From positions 90,001 through 122,000 of the forward strand of contig CALSTM010000003.1 in NCBI GenBank assembly GCA_943789275.1: a stretch of DNA of 32,000 nt. The letters run 5' to 3'. How positions within the stretch are numbered: the first letter of the stretch is position 1; the number at the start of each line of letters is the position of its first letter. The notes beneath the pieces were generated by a model. It saw only the letters and a program-made list of their open reading frames with translations, made no database searches and had not been told where the DNA came from. A program made the position numbers and the translations under genes. Shown here one piece after another: positions 1 through 9,514 of this stretch. Source of the DNA: Candidatus Poseidoniaceae archaeon. Lineage in GTDB: Archaea > Thermoplasmatota > Poseidoniia > Poseidoniales > Poseidoniaceae.

Positions 1-78
1 ACGGGATTTCAGAATATCTCGGTGAAGAATTTAGCCGAAGTAATTGAATACAACGATGCCAAGCGGTAGTTGATACCC

Positions 79-372
79 ATGGCGGCAAAGGCACCTAAAG
101 GCTCCCAGCCCAAGAAGAGAAAGCGGAGAATGCGCCTCTCTTTGAAACAAAAGAAAATGAACGTCAAGGCTGACAAATACACAGATTCTCTTGGATGGTC
201 TCAAGATGTTGGGCGCACTCTTGGTGATGCACCGAAAGCTGCTGCACCTGAAACGCTCAAAGTCCAATGCGACATGTGCGGTTCAATGCTAAAAATTCCA
301 AAACCAAAGAAATCTCGTTACACCGTAACTTGTGCATACGCAGAGTGCGGCCACACAATGAACTTCGACTGA
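79..372 (+). CDS. small basic protein with C-terminal zinc-ribbon-like Cys cluster (hypothetical)
   Basis: ORF 70..372. An ATG at 79 follows an SD-like GTTGATAC. The N-terminus is Lys/Arg-rich (PKKRKRRMRLSLKQKK). The C-terminus has CDMCG...(18 aa)...CAYAECGH. A TTG at 70 is an alternative start. Confidence 0.5.
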   Translation: MAAKAPKGSQPKKRKRRMRLSLKQKKMNVKADKYTDSLGWSQDVGRTLGDAPKAAAPETLKVQCDMCGSMLKIPKPKKSRYTVTCAYAECGHTMNFD

Positions 373-381
373 GGCCAGAGG

Positions 382-1146
382 ATGGAACAGGGTTTTGCCC
401 TCCTTGCTCTTTGCATCGGCCTTTTCTTCATTTCTATACTGTATTCGAGCGTTGGTCACGGTGGAGCTTCTGGCTATCTTGCTGTTCTTTCACTGACGAC
501 GTACAGCCAAATGGACAGCGCATGGTTGAAACAACACGCCTGGGTCCTCAACCTCGCTGTGGCCGGCATAGCATTCTACCACTATTCTCAATCAGGTCAC
601 CACACAGTCTCCAAATCTTTACCGTTCATTGTAGCCAGTATTCCCTTTGCTTTCATCGGAGGATATCTCAAGGTTGATGGAGCAGTCTACGACACCCTCC
701 TTTCCCTCACCCTTCTTTATGCTGCGTTACGCCTACTGCTCAATGAAGAAAACTCCACAACTCAAGTCTTCGAACCAAAACCGATTCAAGCGTATTCTTT
801 TGGTGGGGGAATTGGATTTTTGAGTGGGATCATCGGTGTCGGCGGGGGAATTTTCCTCTCTCCAATATTACTCTTGAAAAAATGGGCTACACCGAAATCT
901 GCTGCTGCAACAGCAGCCTTGTTTATCTGGGTGAATTCTGCAGCGGGACTTCTTGGGGCTACAGCCTCTGGGCAACTCACCCTTGAGATGTCCACCCTCC
1001 TACCGTTTCTCTTCGCCGTAGGCATCGGTGGGTTGCTTGGCTCAAAGTATGGTTCACAACGGGCGAGACCGAAAACCGTACAAAACATACTGATTGCAGT
1101 GTTACTCATTGCTTCTGTGAAGCGAATAACAGAACTTTTTGTTTAA
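382..1146 (+). CDS. TauE/SafE (TSUP, DUF81) family anion/sulfite exporter-like membrane protein
   Basis: 254 aa and polytopic. It has a two-halves architecture with SSVGHGGASGYL in the first half and GVGGGIFLSPILL in the second, typical of the TSUP/TauE family. Confidence 0.7.
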   Translation: MEQGFALLALCIGLFFISILYSSVGHGGASGYLAVLSLTTYSQMDSAWLKQHAWVLNLAVAGIAFYHYSQSGHHTVSKSLPFIVASIPFAFIGGYLKVDGAVYDTLLSLTLLYAALRLLLNEENSTTQVFEPKPIQAYSFGGGIGFLSGIIGVGGGIFLSPILLLKKWATPKSAAATAALFIWVNSAAGLLGATASGQLTLEMSTLLPFLFAVGIGGLLGSKYGSQRARPKTVQNILIAVLLIASVKRITELFV

Positions 1147-1185
1147 TTTCATTACCGTGAAAGTCAAACACACCAACCACTTGGA

Positions 1186-2403
1186 ATGTCCATGTCCGAG
1201 GTCCCATACTTTGTTTCGTATGATGAGGCTTTGACCATTCTTCGACAACATACACTCAACATTGGAACAGAAACCATTGCCTTGGACCATCTCTACAACA
1301 GAATTCTTGCCGAAGACATTCAATCGACCGTTGACGACCCCCGATTCGATAATTCAGCAATGGATGGTTTTGCATTTCAATACAGCGATTCCACCCAACC
1401 TCCTGCCGTTTTATCCATCAAACAAACTCTACAAGCAGGTACCGATGAACAACTCACAACCATTGAACCAGGCCAAGCTGTTCGAATCATGACCGGTGCA
1501 CCAATCCCAAACGGTGCAGACGCCATCCTTCCCATCGAACGTTGTTCAATCAGCGATGACGGTTCAGAAGTTACACTGCATGACGAGGGGAAAAAGCACT
1601 TCATCCGAAAGCAAGGGGAGAACCTCAAACGCGGCCAAACCGCACTTACCAAAGGCACACTTTTCTCACCGTCATCTGTCGGTCTTTGTGCTACAATGGG
1701 GCACGCTTCTGCGAAAGTATTCAAGAAAGCAACCATCGGTATTCTCCCTACTGGTGATGAATTGCAGTTACCCGGTGAGGAATTATCTGACAACTCAATT
1801 TATGAATCCAATTCTTTTGGCCTAACCTCACTTGTTCGCATGACTGGACACAACCCAATTCGATACACTTCAGTTTCGGATTCTATGGACGCTTTACGGC
1901 AACAACTGGATGCGGCAGCAGCAGAATGCGATTTCATCCTCACTTCAGGTGGTGTATCGATGGGGGAATGGGATTTGGTGCGTAGGATCATGGAAGAAGA
2001 GGGCGACATTAAATTCTGGCGCGTGAAAATACGACCTGGCTCCCCCCCTCTGTTTGGATACTGGAAAGGCACCCCCTTGTTCGGGCTTCCCGGGAACCCT
2101 GCAAGCAGCCATGTCGTTTTTCGAATGCTTGTTGCACCGTTTTTGCGGGCCTCAACTTCAGAAGGTGGAGTGGAAGAAAAGCGAATTCGAGTGCAATTGG
2201 CTGAACGGTTCAAAACATCCCCTACCGACCTCATTCTTCGCAGAATAGTCATCGATACATCAGGGGAAAACATGCTCGCCTATTCGACAGGATATCAGGG
2301 CTCAGGAAATCTCAACAGTTTGGTTTTGGCAGACGGTTTAACGTTGCTTGAACCGGGCCATAGCGGTGAAAAAGGCACGTGGTGTGACGCACTCATATTG
2401 TAG
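1186..2403 (+). CDS. moeA: molybdopterin molybdenumtransferase MoeA
   Basis: 405 aa. Carries the MoeA signatures NSAMDGFAF, RIMTGAPIP, TSGGVSMGEWDLV and GLPGNPASS. Confidence 0.85.
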   Translation: MSMSEVPYFVSYDEALTILRQHTLNIGTETIALDHLYNRILAEDIQSTVDDPRFDNSAMDGFAFQYSDSTQPPAVLSIKQTLQAGTDEQLTTIEPGQAVRIMTGAPIPNGADAILPIERCSISDDGSEVTLHDEGKKHFIRKQGENLKRGQTALTKGTLFSPSSVGLCATMGHASAKVFKKATIGILPTGDELQLPGEELSDNSIYESNSFGLTSLVRMTGHNPIRYTSVSDSMDALRQQLDAAAAECDFILTSGGVSMGEWDLVRRIMEEEGDIKFWRVKIRPGSPPLFGYWKGTPLFGLPGNPASSHVVFRMLVAPFLRASTSEGGVEEKRIRVQLAERFKTSPTDLILRRIVIDTSGENMLAYSTGYQGSGNLNSLVLADGLTLLEPGHSGEKGTWCDALIL

Positions 2404-2411
2404 GTGGAAAC

Positions 2412-3293
2412 ATGAAATTTACATCATCTCAACAACAAACCCTTCTTGAGGCATTATCGGGTTTCATGAAAGAAACCTCCCGTGGGAAATTACGTAAGAT
2501 GCTTACTGAAGGCCGGATCCAAGTGGATGGAACCATCCAACACAAAGCCAAGTTCCAAGTCGAAGTTGGTATGCAAATTGAAATTTTAAGTCGCGTCAAA
2601 GCCCAAGAAATCACTCCGCCTCCGACTCCGAAGCATAAACGAATCAACCTCAATGTAATCTGGGAAGATGATGCGATACTCGTTGTTGAAAAACCAGCAG
2701 GCCTCCTCTCGATTGCAACCGATAAACTCGAAGTTGACACACTCCATTCCCGATGCGTGGATTATGTGAGGCTCGAAGATGAACGAAACTGGTGCCATAT
2801 CGTTCATCGACTCGATCGAGATACTTCCGGAGTCATGGTTTTTGCACGGCACGAACGTCATAAGGAATACATCCAATCTCAATTTGCTGAACGCGCCGTT
2901 CATCGCACATACCATGCATTGGTCGAAGGCCGTCCCAAAAACAACACCGGTTCGACAAGGGAATGGCTCGTAGAAGACAAACAACTCCACGTCAAGCGAG
3001 TGAAATCGAGTTTTCATGGGGCCAAAGAAGCCATTACGCATTGGAGTGTCACAGAAACTGATAACCAAATTTCACTCATTCAAGTCAGCATCGAGACGGG
3101 TCGCCGTCACCAAATTCGAATGGCAATGAGATCGCTTGGCTGCCCAGTTGTTGGAGATGAATTGCACGGGGCTGAAACAAATCCGTTGAAACGGGTTTGT
3201 CTGCACGCTTCTGCCCTTGAATTTCTACACCCAGAGAGCGACGAGCCAGTTCGTTTTGAAGTTCCAATTCCCCGAGGGTTTCACCCTGCTTAA
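2412..3293 (+). CDS. RluA-family (RluD-like) RNA pseudouridine synthase with N-terminal S4-like domain
   Basis: 293 aa. Catalytic motif HRLDRDTSGVMVFA, plus GRRHQIR and LHA. AGGTGGA SD lies just upstream of the ATG at 2412. Confidence 0.85.
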   Translation: MKFTSSQQQTLLEALSGFMKETSRGKLRKMLTEGRIQVDGTIQHKAKFQVEVGMQIEILSRVKAQEITPPPTPKHKRINLNVIWEDDAILVVEKPAGLLSIATDKLEVDTLHSRCVDYVRLEDERNWCHIVHRLDRDTSGVMVFARHERHKEYIQSQFAERAVHRTYHALVEGRPKNNTGSTREWLVEDKQLHVKRVKSSFHGAKEAITHWSVTETDNQISLIQVSIETGRRHQIRMAMRSLGCPVVGDELHGAETNPLKRVCLHASALEFLHPESDEPVRFEVPIPRGFHPA

Positions 3294-3458
3294 CATTAAA
3301 ATCACCCAATGTGCAACAGGATAAACGTTCCAATCCAACACTTGAAAGAATTGAGAACCACCCATTCTCTACAACCTCATCCTCTTGTTTTAATTTCAAC
3401 AGTTGGAAAAGCAGGACTTGAAGAACCGTTGACGACCCGTCAAGGGTGAGGGGCGTCC

Positions 3459-6395
3459 ATGAGTCAACCAGGTGATGAAGGCTGGATTGAAGTTCGCGGC
3501 GCGCGAACTCACAATCTACAAGACGTGACAGTTAAACTTCCCAGAGGGCAATTTGTAGTTGTTTCAGGAGTCTCAGGCTCCGGAAAATCCAGTCTCGCAT
3601 TTGACACATTGTATGCTGAAGGCCAACGGCGGTATGTCGAGAGCCTCTCTTCGTATGCTCGTCAATTCATTGGGCAGATGAAAAAAGCTGATTGCGATGG
3701 CATTGAAGGACTCTCACCAGCAATATCCATCGATCAGAAACAGGGCTCCCACAACCCCCGCTCTACTGTAGCCACTGTGACTGAGATCCAGGACTATTTA
3801 CGACTGCTTTGGGCTCGAATCGGTAAACCACACTGTCCAACCTGCGGTAGAGAAGTCGCTCGTAGAACGGTGCAAGAAATCGTCGATGACATCGTTTGGC
3901 ACATGGAAGGCCATGCTGTTGTTCTTTGGTCTCCTGCAGTCCGAGCACGTAAAGGAACCCACCAAGACCTCTTCCGCCAACTGGTTGAACAAGGTTACTT
4001 GCACGGCAAGGTAAACGGTCACGAAGTCGAATTTGAAAACCCCCCAGAACTTGACAAGAATTTCCGTCACGATATCGATGTTCGAATTGACCGATTGCGA
4101 TGTACGCGAGAACGCCGCCAACGCCTCACAGAATCAGTTGAAGGGGCGTTGAAAATTGGGGGCGGCACAGTCGCTATTGAAAGCCTTGAAGCGCCACCAG
4201 AAGATGCGGAACTCTCTGAAGGAACGCGTTCTCATTTTACCAAGCAAGGCGATACAGTTGCTTGGTCAGAAGACTTTGCATGCCCAGATCACGGCGCCTT
4301 CATGCCCGAACTCTCTCCGCGAGTGTTCTCTTTCAATTCCCCTCTGGGTGCTTGCGGGGTCTGTCAGGGTCTTGGTGTCGAACGCCAATTCAACATCGAC
4401 CTCATCGTTGATGGAACACTAACCGTATCCAACGGATGCGTCCGCCCTTGGCGCCAATCAATGTCACCGTCATGGTACAGGCGTTTACTCGAACAGGTTT
4501 GCCAACATTATGGTATATCTAGAAACACACCTTTTGAATTGCTTGATGATGACGACAAAGACATCCTGTTAAACGGCTCAGGTTCGACGGTAATCAACTT
4601 CCACTTTGAATCGGATAATGGTTCAGTTTACAAGATGAACAGACCTTGGGAAGGCATCATCGCACGGCTGCAAAAAACCTACACTGAGACCACTTCAGAA
4701 CGTACACGTAGCCGCCTGGTAAGTTGCATGACCGACCTCGATTGTTCTTCATGCGGGGGAGAGAAACTCAACGCTGCTGCTCGGTATGTGTCTGTTGGAG
4801 GAATTCGACTTCCTGAAGTAAGCCGTTGTTCAGTTCACGACTCACTCGCACTCGTTCGCGCCTGGCGCCCAGATGGGGAGGGGGCGCCGGAGAGTTTTGC
4901 CGATGTTCTTGAGACACTCGATGAACGAAGCCTGTTTATTGGAAAAGATATTTTGAAGGAAATTGAAAACCGACTTGGATTTCTCGACAGCGTTGGGCTT
5001 GATTATCTCACCTTAGACCGTAAAGCAAACACCCTTTCAGGTGGCGAAAGTCAACGCATCCGTTTAGCAACTCAAATAGGCAGTCGCCTAACTGGCGTTA
5101 TGTACGTGCTTGATGAACCCTCAATCGGCCTCCATCAACGCGATAACGCCCGACTTCTTGCTACACTGCGAGAATTAAGCGACTTAGGAAATACACTCAT
5201 CGTCGTTGAACACGACGAGGACACACTACGCCAAGCCGATTGGCTGTGCGACCTCGGTCCGGGGGCCGGCCTGGAAGGTGGAATGGTCGTAGCAAACGGT
5301 CCACCTGAAGTTGCTATGAAAAGTAAAGAATCCGTTACCGGCGCGTTTTTGAGCGGTAAACGCTCCATTGAAGTGCCGGCGAAGAGACGTAAACCAAGCA
5401 AAAAATGGATTGAAATTAAAGGAGCTCAACACAACAACCTACAATCCATCAATGCCAAATTCCCAATCGGGTGCATGACTGCAGTTACGGGCGTTTCAGG
5501 TTCAGGTAAATCCTCACTTGTCTCGGGAATTTTAGCCCCTGCCCTCCAACGTTATCTTCACAATTCAGACAGCGTAGCTGGCAAACATAAATCCTTGAAA
5601 GGCTTGGAACACGTGGATAAAGCCATCATTATCGATCAATCCCCTATTGGTCGAACACCACGTTCAAACCCTGCCACATACACAAAAGTCTTCGACGAAA
5701 TCCGTATTCTCTTTTCCAAAACAACGCTTGCTAAGGAACGTGGGTACAAACCTGGCCATTTCAGTTTCAATGTAAAAGGTGGACGATGCGAATCATGCAA
5801 GGGAGCAGGATCTATTAAACTGGAAATGAATTTCCTTCCTGATGTTTGGATTACGTGCGATATTTGTCAAGGTTTGCGGTATACCCGTGAATGTTTAGAA
5901 GTCACTTGGAAAGGTAAGAACATCAACGATATCCTGCAGATGCCAATCGGTGAAGCCGTTGTTTTCTTTGAAAACCACAGGAAGATTTTCCGAACCCTCG
6001 ACACGTTACGAGCCGTCGGACTCTCCTATGTTCGGCTAGGCCAGCCTGCAACAACGCTGTCAGGTGGGGAAGCCCAACGGGTGAAACTCGCCAGTGAATT
6101 GAGGCGCCCTCCAAACAAACACACGGTTTACATCCTTGATGAACCCACGACCGGCCTCTCGTTCTCCGACGTTGAATTGCTCATCAACGTCCTCCTTGAA
6201 TTACGAGAAAAAGGCCACAGCGTTATCGTCATCGAGCACCACTTGGATGTCGTCAAATCTTCAGACTGGGTTCTTGACCTCGGGCCTGAAGGCGGAGAGC
6301 GTGGCGGAACCATACTTGCACAAGGTACACCCGAAGACATTGCGGCACACGGAGACAGCTTTACCGGCCAATATCTCGCGAAACTTCTCAATTGA
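3459..6395 (+). CDS. uvrA: excinuclease ABC subunit A (UvrA)
   Basis: 978 aa. Two Walker A motifs (GVSGSGKSSLAFD and GVSGSGKSSLV). Two ABC signatures (LSGGESQRIRLA and LSGGEAQRVKLA). Cys4 zinc modules (CPTCG, CPDHG...CGVCQG, CESCKG...CDICQG). Confidence 0.95.
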   Translation: MSQPGDEGWIEVRGARTHNLQDVTVKLPRGQFVVVSGVSGSGKSSLAFDTLYAEGQRRYVESLSSYARQFIGQMKKADCDGIEGLSPAISIDQKQGSHNPRSTVATVTEIQDYLRLLWARIGKPHCPTCGREVARRTVQEIVDDIVWHMEGHAVVLWSPAVRARKGTHQDLFRQLVEQGYLHGKVNGHEVEFENPPELDKNFRHDIDVRIDRLRCTRERRQRLTESVEGALKIGGGTVAIESLEAPPEDAELSEGTRSHFTKQGDTVAWSEDFACPDHGAFMPELSPRVFSFNSPLGACGVCQGLGVERQFNIDLIVDGTLTVSNGCVRPWRQSMSPSWYRRLLEQVCQHYGISRNTPFELLDDDDKDILLNGSGSTVINFHFESDNGSVYKMNRPWEGIIARLQKTYTETTSERTRSRLVSCMTDLDCSSCGGEKLNAAARYVSVGGIRLPEVSRCSVHDSLALVRAWRPDGEGAPESFADVLETLDERSLFIGKDILKEIENRLGFLDSVGLDYLTLDRKANTLSGGESQRIRLATQIGSRLTGVMYVLDEPSIGLHQRDNARLLATLRELSDLGNTLIVVEHDEDTLRQADWLCDLGPGAGLEGGMVVANGPPEVAMKSKESVTGAFLSGKRSIEVPAKRRKPSKKWIEIKGAQHNNLQSINAKFPIGCMTAVTGVSGSGKSSLVSGILAPALQRYLHNSDSVAGKHKSLKGLEHVDKAIIIDQSPIGRTPRSNPATYTKVFDEIRILFSKTTLAKERGYKPGHFSFNVKGGRCESCKGAGSIKLEMNFLPDVWITCDICQGLRYTRECLEVTWKGKNINDILQMPIGEAVVFFENHRKIFRTLDTLRAVGLSYVRLGQPATTLSGGEAQRVKLASELRRPPNKHTVYILDEPTTGLSFSDVELLINVLLELREKGHSVIVIEHHLDVVKSSDWVLDLGPEGGERGGTILAQGTPEDIAAHGDSFTGQYLAKLLN

Positions 6396-6466
6396 TTTCG
6401 CCGTATTGTTCAAAGAGCGTAGTCTACGGCATTCTCTACGCCCCCTACGGGGGCGGGTGTAACTCA

Positions 6467-9400
6467 ATGACAATAACACGTGTAGAAGTGACGCCAAAAC
6501 AAGGGGCTGGAATGCGTGATGTCCGTGGCGATGTTGTGCGGCGACAACTCAAAGCAGACCACGGAATTGATGTTACCGAAGTGCGAAGCATAACCGGCTT
6601 TCTGATTAAATCATCCGTACCATCTTCAGATATTTCCGCACGAGTTGACGATTTGTTTTCCGACCCGATTATCGAAGATGCCGTAACAGACACCCTCTTT
6701 CTCACCTCACCTCATCATTTTCCAACTGTTCCTGACGCTGCAATCACTGTTGGTTTCAAACCCGGAGTGACTGATAACCCAGGTAGTGCGGCTTACGACG
6801 GCTTTCGAACCCTCTTCCCTCAACCAGAACCACTGGAAGATGCCTCGGTTTCGACCTATCAAACGTATATTTTCTACGGGCTCCCCGATGGAACCACCGC
6901 AGAATGGCTTGCATCGACCCTTCACAATAATCTCATTCAACGAGCAGTTGTTTCTGATATCGGCGCATGTACTCAGTCACAGTGGCCTGCAATTGACTAT
7001 CCTGAAAAACCACCTCAGACGTTTACTCCACCCCAAGCCATGGATTTGGAAATATCAGATGAAGCCCTCATCGACATGTCTGAATCAGGCCTTCTTGCGC
7101 TTAATCTCGAAGAGATGCAAACAATCCAAGGGCATTATCGAGATGCTGCCGTACAATCGTCTCGAGCAGCAGTAGGGATTGTTGGAAACGCCCCAACAGA
7201 TGTCGAACTTGAGTGTCTTGCCCAAACGTGGAGCGAACACTGTAAACACAAAATTTTCGCATCAAAGATTCATCACATCGATTCCGAGACTGGCGAAGAC
7301 AGCATCATCGATTCAATTTTCAAAACCCACATCATGAAACCAACCCACGATATGCAAAAAGAAGTCGACTGGCTTCTTTCCGTATTCCATGATAACTCTG
7401 GCGTCATCGCTTGGGATGAAAATTGGAGTGTTTGCATGAAGGCAGAAACCCACAACTCACCATCTGCACTGGACCCTTACGGGGGCGCAATGACGGGAAT
7501 TGTCGGAGTTAATCGCGATATTTTGGGAACGGGTCTTGGCGCACGACCAATAGCGAATACCGATGTGTTTTGCTTCGGCCCACCGAATTGGGAAGGCGAT
7601 TTACCAGACAATCTCTTCCACCCTTCACGGGTTCTCCGAGGCGTTCACGCAGGTGTTCGCGTTGGTGGAAACGAGTCCGGCATCCCTACTGTGAACGGAG
7701 CAATAGTGTTCGATGACCGTTACATCGGTAAACCGCTCGTTTATTGCGGCACGGTCGGCATCATGCCACGTTTGCTCCCCGATGGCCGTGAATCTCACAT
7801 CAAGACCCCTACAGCAGGTGATATTGTCTACATGGTCGGCGGAAGAGTCGGCTACGATGGCATTCACGGAGCGACGTTTTCATCGCTTGAACTGACTGAA
7901 GAATCACCTTCAAGCGCCGTTCAAATCGGCGATCCGATTACCCAAAAGAAAATGCTCGACATGGTTCTTGAAGCCCGTGATGCAGGACTGATTACTTGCA
8001 TTACCGATAACGGTGCAGGAGGACTTTCTTCTTCGATTGGAGAAATGGCAGAATACACCAACGGTTGCGAAATTGATTTGGCAAAAGTCCCGCTTAAACA
8101 GCCAGGTTTGTCTGCATGGGAAATACTTGTTTCCGAAAGTCAAGAGCGAATGACAATTGCAGTAAAACCATCAGATTGTTCTGCATTTGAAGCCATGGCC
8201 GACCTCCATGAAGTTGAAGCCACACCGGTTGCAACATTCACCAGCAGTGGAATGTTTCATGTCAAATACAACGACGATACAGTAGCCTACCTCCCCATTG
8301 AATTCCTTCATGACGGTGTCCCTCAACTCCAACTCGAATCCGAATGGCATACCCCACAACCAGCATTATTCAACCCCTCAACCATTGTTTTAGATGAAGA
8401 TGAAAACCACTCTCCCCTTCTCTTGAAGATGCTTGCACGACCAAACATTGCCTCCAAAGAGTCATGGGTTCGCCAATACGACCATGAGGTCATCGCTCAA
8501 ACTGCGGTCAAACCGTTCGTTGGTATTGAACGAGATGGCCCTGGTGACGCAGGCGTCATTGCCCCGATTCACGGCGACCCACACGGATTGGTAATTTCAT
8601 GCGGTATTGCGCCTCGTTATTCAGACCTCGATGCCGGCGCTATGGCAGCAGCTTCCATTGACGAAGCCGTTCGAAACGCAGTATGTGCGGGTGTTGATGT
8701 CGACAAAATGGCAGGATTGGATAATTTCTGCTGGCCAGATTCAATTGAATCGGCCAAAACCCCAGACGGTAAATTCAAACTCGCCCAACTCGTTCGAGCA
8801 AACAGAGAATTGGAACGGGTATGCCGAGCGTACAGACTCCCCTGTATTTCAGGTAAAGACTCTATGAAAAACGACTACGGGAGTGGAGAGAATAAGATTT
8901 CAATTCCACCAACCCTGCTTTATTCGGTCTTCGGCGATCAACCTGATGTACGTTTTACCGCTACAAGCGACTTCAAGGGCGCAGGCGAACGCGTTTACCT
9001 TGTTGGCGTCTCCAAAGAAGAACTCGGGGCTTCCGAACTTGCGTTCATGCTCAAAGAAAGCGGCCATTCAGAAGGCATTGGCGGGCAAGTTCCTTTACTG
9101 CCAAACCCCGAGCAAAACATTACCACATATCGCGCCCTTTCTACGGCTATTCACGCCGGGCTTGTCCAAACTGCTCACGATTGTTCCGAAGGCGGATTGG
9201 CAGTTGCTGCAGCCGAGATGTGTATCGGTGGGAGAGTTGGGGCAGAATTAGACATTGATGGAACCGGTCACTCAAGCGTTTGGTCTCGTCTTTGGGGCGA
9301 ATCACTTGGACGATTCATCATCGGTGTTCAACCCGAGCATGAAGCGGACTTTGTCGAATGGATGTCAGGGCACCCTCTCACTTTCCTTGGAACGGTAACC

Positions 9401-9514
9401 GATTCTCAAGAACTCATAATTTCTGATGGCTACGACGCTCTTGTCAACCTTGAAGTCCCTGCTATGGTTGATGCTTGGCAGAATGCTTTGGACATGACAG
9501 GAGGTGTTGCATAA
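6467..9514 (+). CDS. purL: phosphoribosylformylglycinamidine synthase subunit PurL with N-terminal tandem PurS-like domains (PurS-PurS-PurL fusion)
   Basis: PurL core motifs are present: WSEHCKHKIF, AETHNSPSALDPYGGA, DNGAGGLSS, GKDSM. The first ~190 aa contain two PurS-like units (VEVTPKQGAGMRDVRGDVV...DPIIEDAV and ITVGFKPGVTDNPGSAA...NNLIQRAVV). I prefer the ATG at 6467 (MTITRVEV) to the TTG at 6392, which overlaps the uvrA stop. Confidence 0.9.
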   Translation: MTITRVEVTPKQGAGMRDVRGDVVRRQLKADHGIDVTEVRSITGFLIKSSVPSSDISARVDDLFSDPIIEDAVTDTLFLTSPHHFPTVPDAAITVGFKPGVTDNPGSAAYDGFRTLFPQPEPLEDASVSTYQTYIFYGLPDGTTAEWLASTLHNNLIQRAVVSDIGACTQSQWPAIDYPEKPPQTFTPPQAMDLEISDEALIDMSESGLLALNLEEMQTIQGHYRDAAVQSSRAAVGIVGNAPTDVELECLAQTWSEHCKHKIFASKIHHIDSETGEDSIIDSIFKTHIMKPTHDMQKEVDWLLSVFHDNSGVIAWDENWSVCMKAETHNSPSALDPYGGAMTGIVGVNRDILGTGLGARPIANTDVFCFGPPNWEGDLPDNLFHPSRVLRGVHAGVRVGGNESGIPTVNGAIVFDDRYIGKPLVYCGTVGIMPRLLPDGRESHIKTPTAGDIVYMVGGRVGYDGIHGATFSSLELTEESPSSAVQIGDPITQKKMLDMVLEARDAGLITCITDNGAGGLSSSIGEMAEYTNGCEIDLAKVPLKQPGLSAWEILVSESQERMTIAVKPSDCSAFEAMADLHEVEATPVATFTSSGMFHVKYNDDTVAYLPIEFLHDGVPQLQLESEWHTPQPALFNPSTIVLDEDENHSPLLLKMLARPNIASKESWVRQYDHEVIAQTAVKPFVGIERDGPGDAGVIAPIHGDPHGLVISCGIAPRYSDLDAGAMAAASIDEAVRNAVCAGVDVDKMAGLDNFCWPDSIESAKTPDGKFKLAQLVRANRELERVCRAYRLPCISGKDSMKNDYGSGENKISIPPTLLYSVFGDQPDVRFTATSDFKGAGERVYLVGVSKEELGASELAFMLKESGHSEGIGGQVPLLPNPEQNITTYRALSTAIHAGLVQTAHDCSEGGLAVAAAEMCIGGRVGAELDIDGTGHSSVWSRLWGESLGRFIIGVQPEHEADFVEWMSGHPLTFLGTVTDSQELIISDGYDALVNLEVPAMVDAWQNALDMTGGVA

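Noticed and set aside
1-69. An open frame running from the window edge to TAG 67..69 (..NLAEVIEYNDAKR*), possibly the 3' end of an upstream gene.
   Set aside because: Only 22 codons are visible and there is no recognisable motif. I cannot support it as a feature.
70-82. An identical 11-mer, TGATACCCATG, at two gene starts (71..81 and 28991..29001), which might be a shared regulatory element.
   Set aside because: It is an SD-like GGTGAT/GTTGAT core plus spacer plus ATG. Roughly a hundred chance 11-mer repeats are expected in 32 kb, so two copies are not evidence of a dedicated motif.
3085-3399. A 104-aa minus-strand ORF spanning the rluA-like 3' end and the 165-nt spacer before uvrA.
   Set aside because: Two thirds of it overlap the well-supported pseudouridine synthase gene. 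The non-overlapping part is ~35 codons with no signal. I also saw no tRNA-like or box C/D (TGATGA...CTGA) pattern in the spacer.
6392-6466. A TTG start at 6392 for purL, overlapping the uvrA stop.
   Set aside because: The encoded 25 aa (MISPYCSKSVVYGILYAPYGGGCNS) look non-protein-like. ATG 6467 opens directly on the PurS-like VEVTPK motif.
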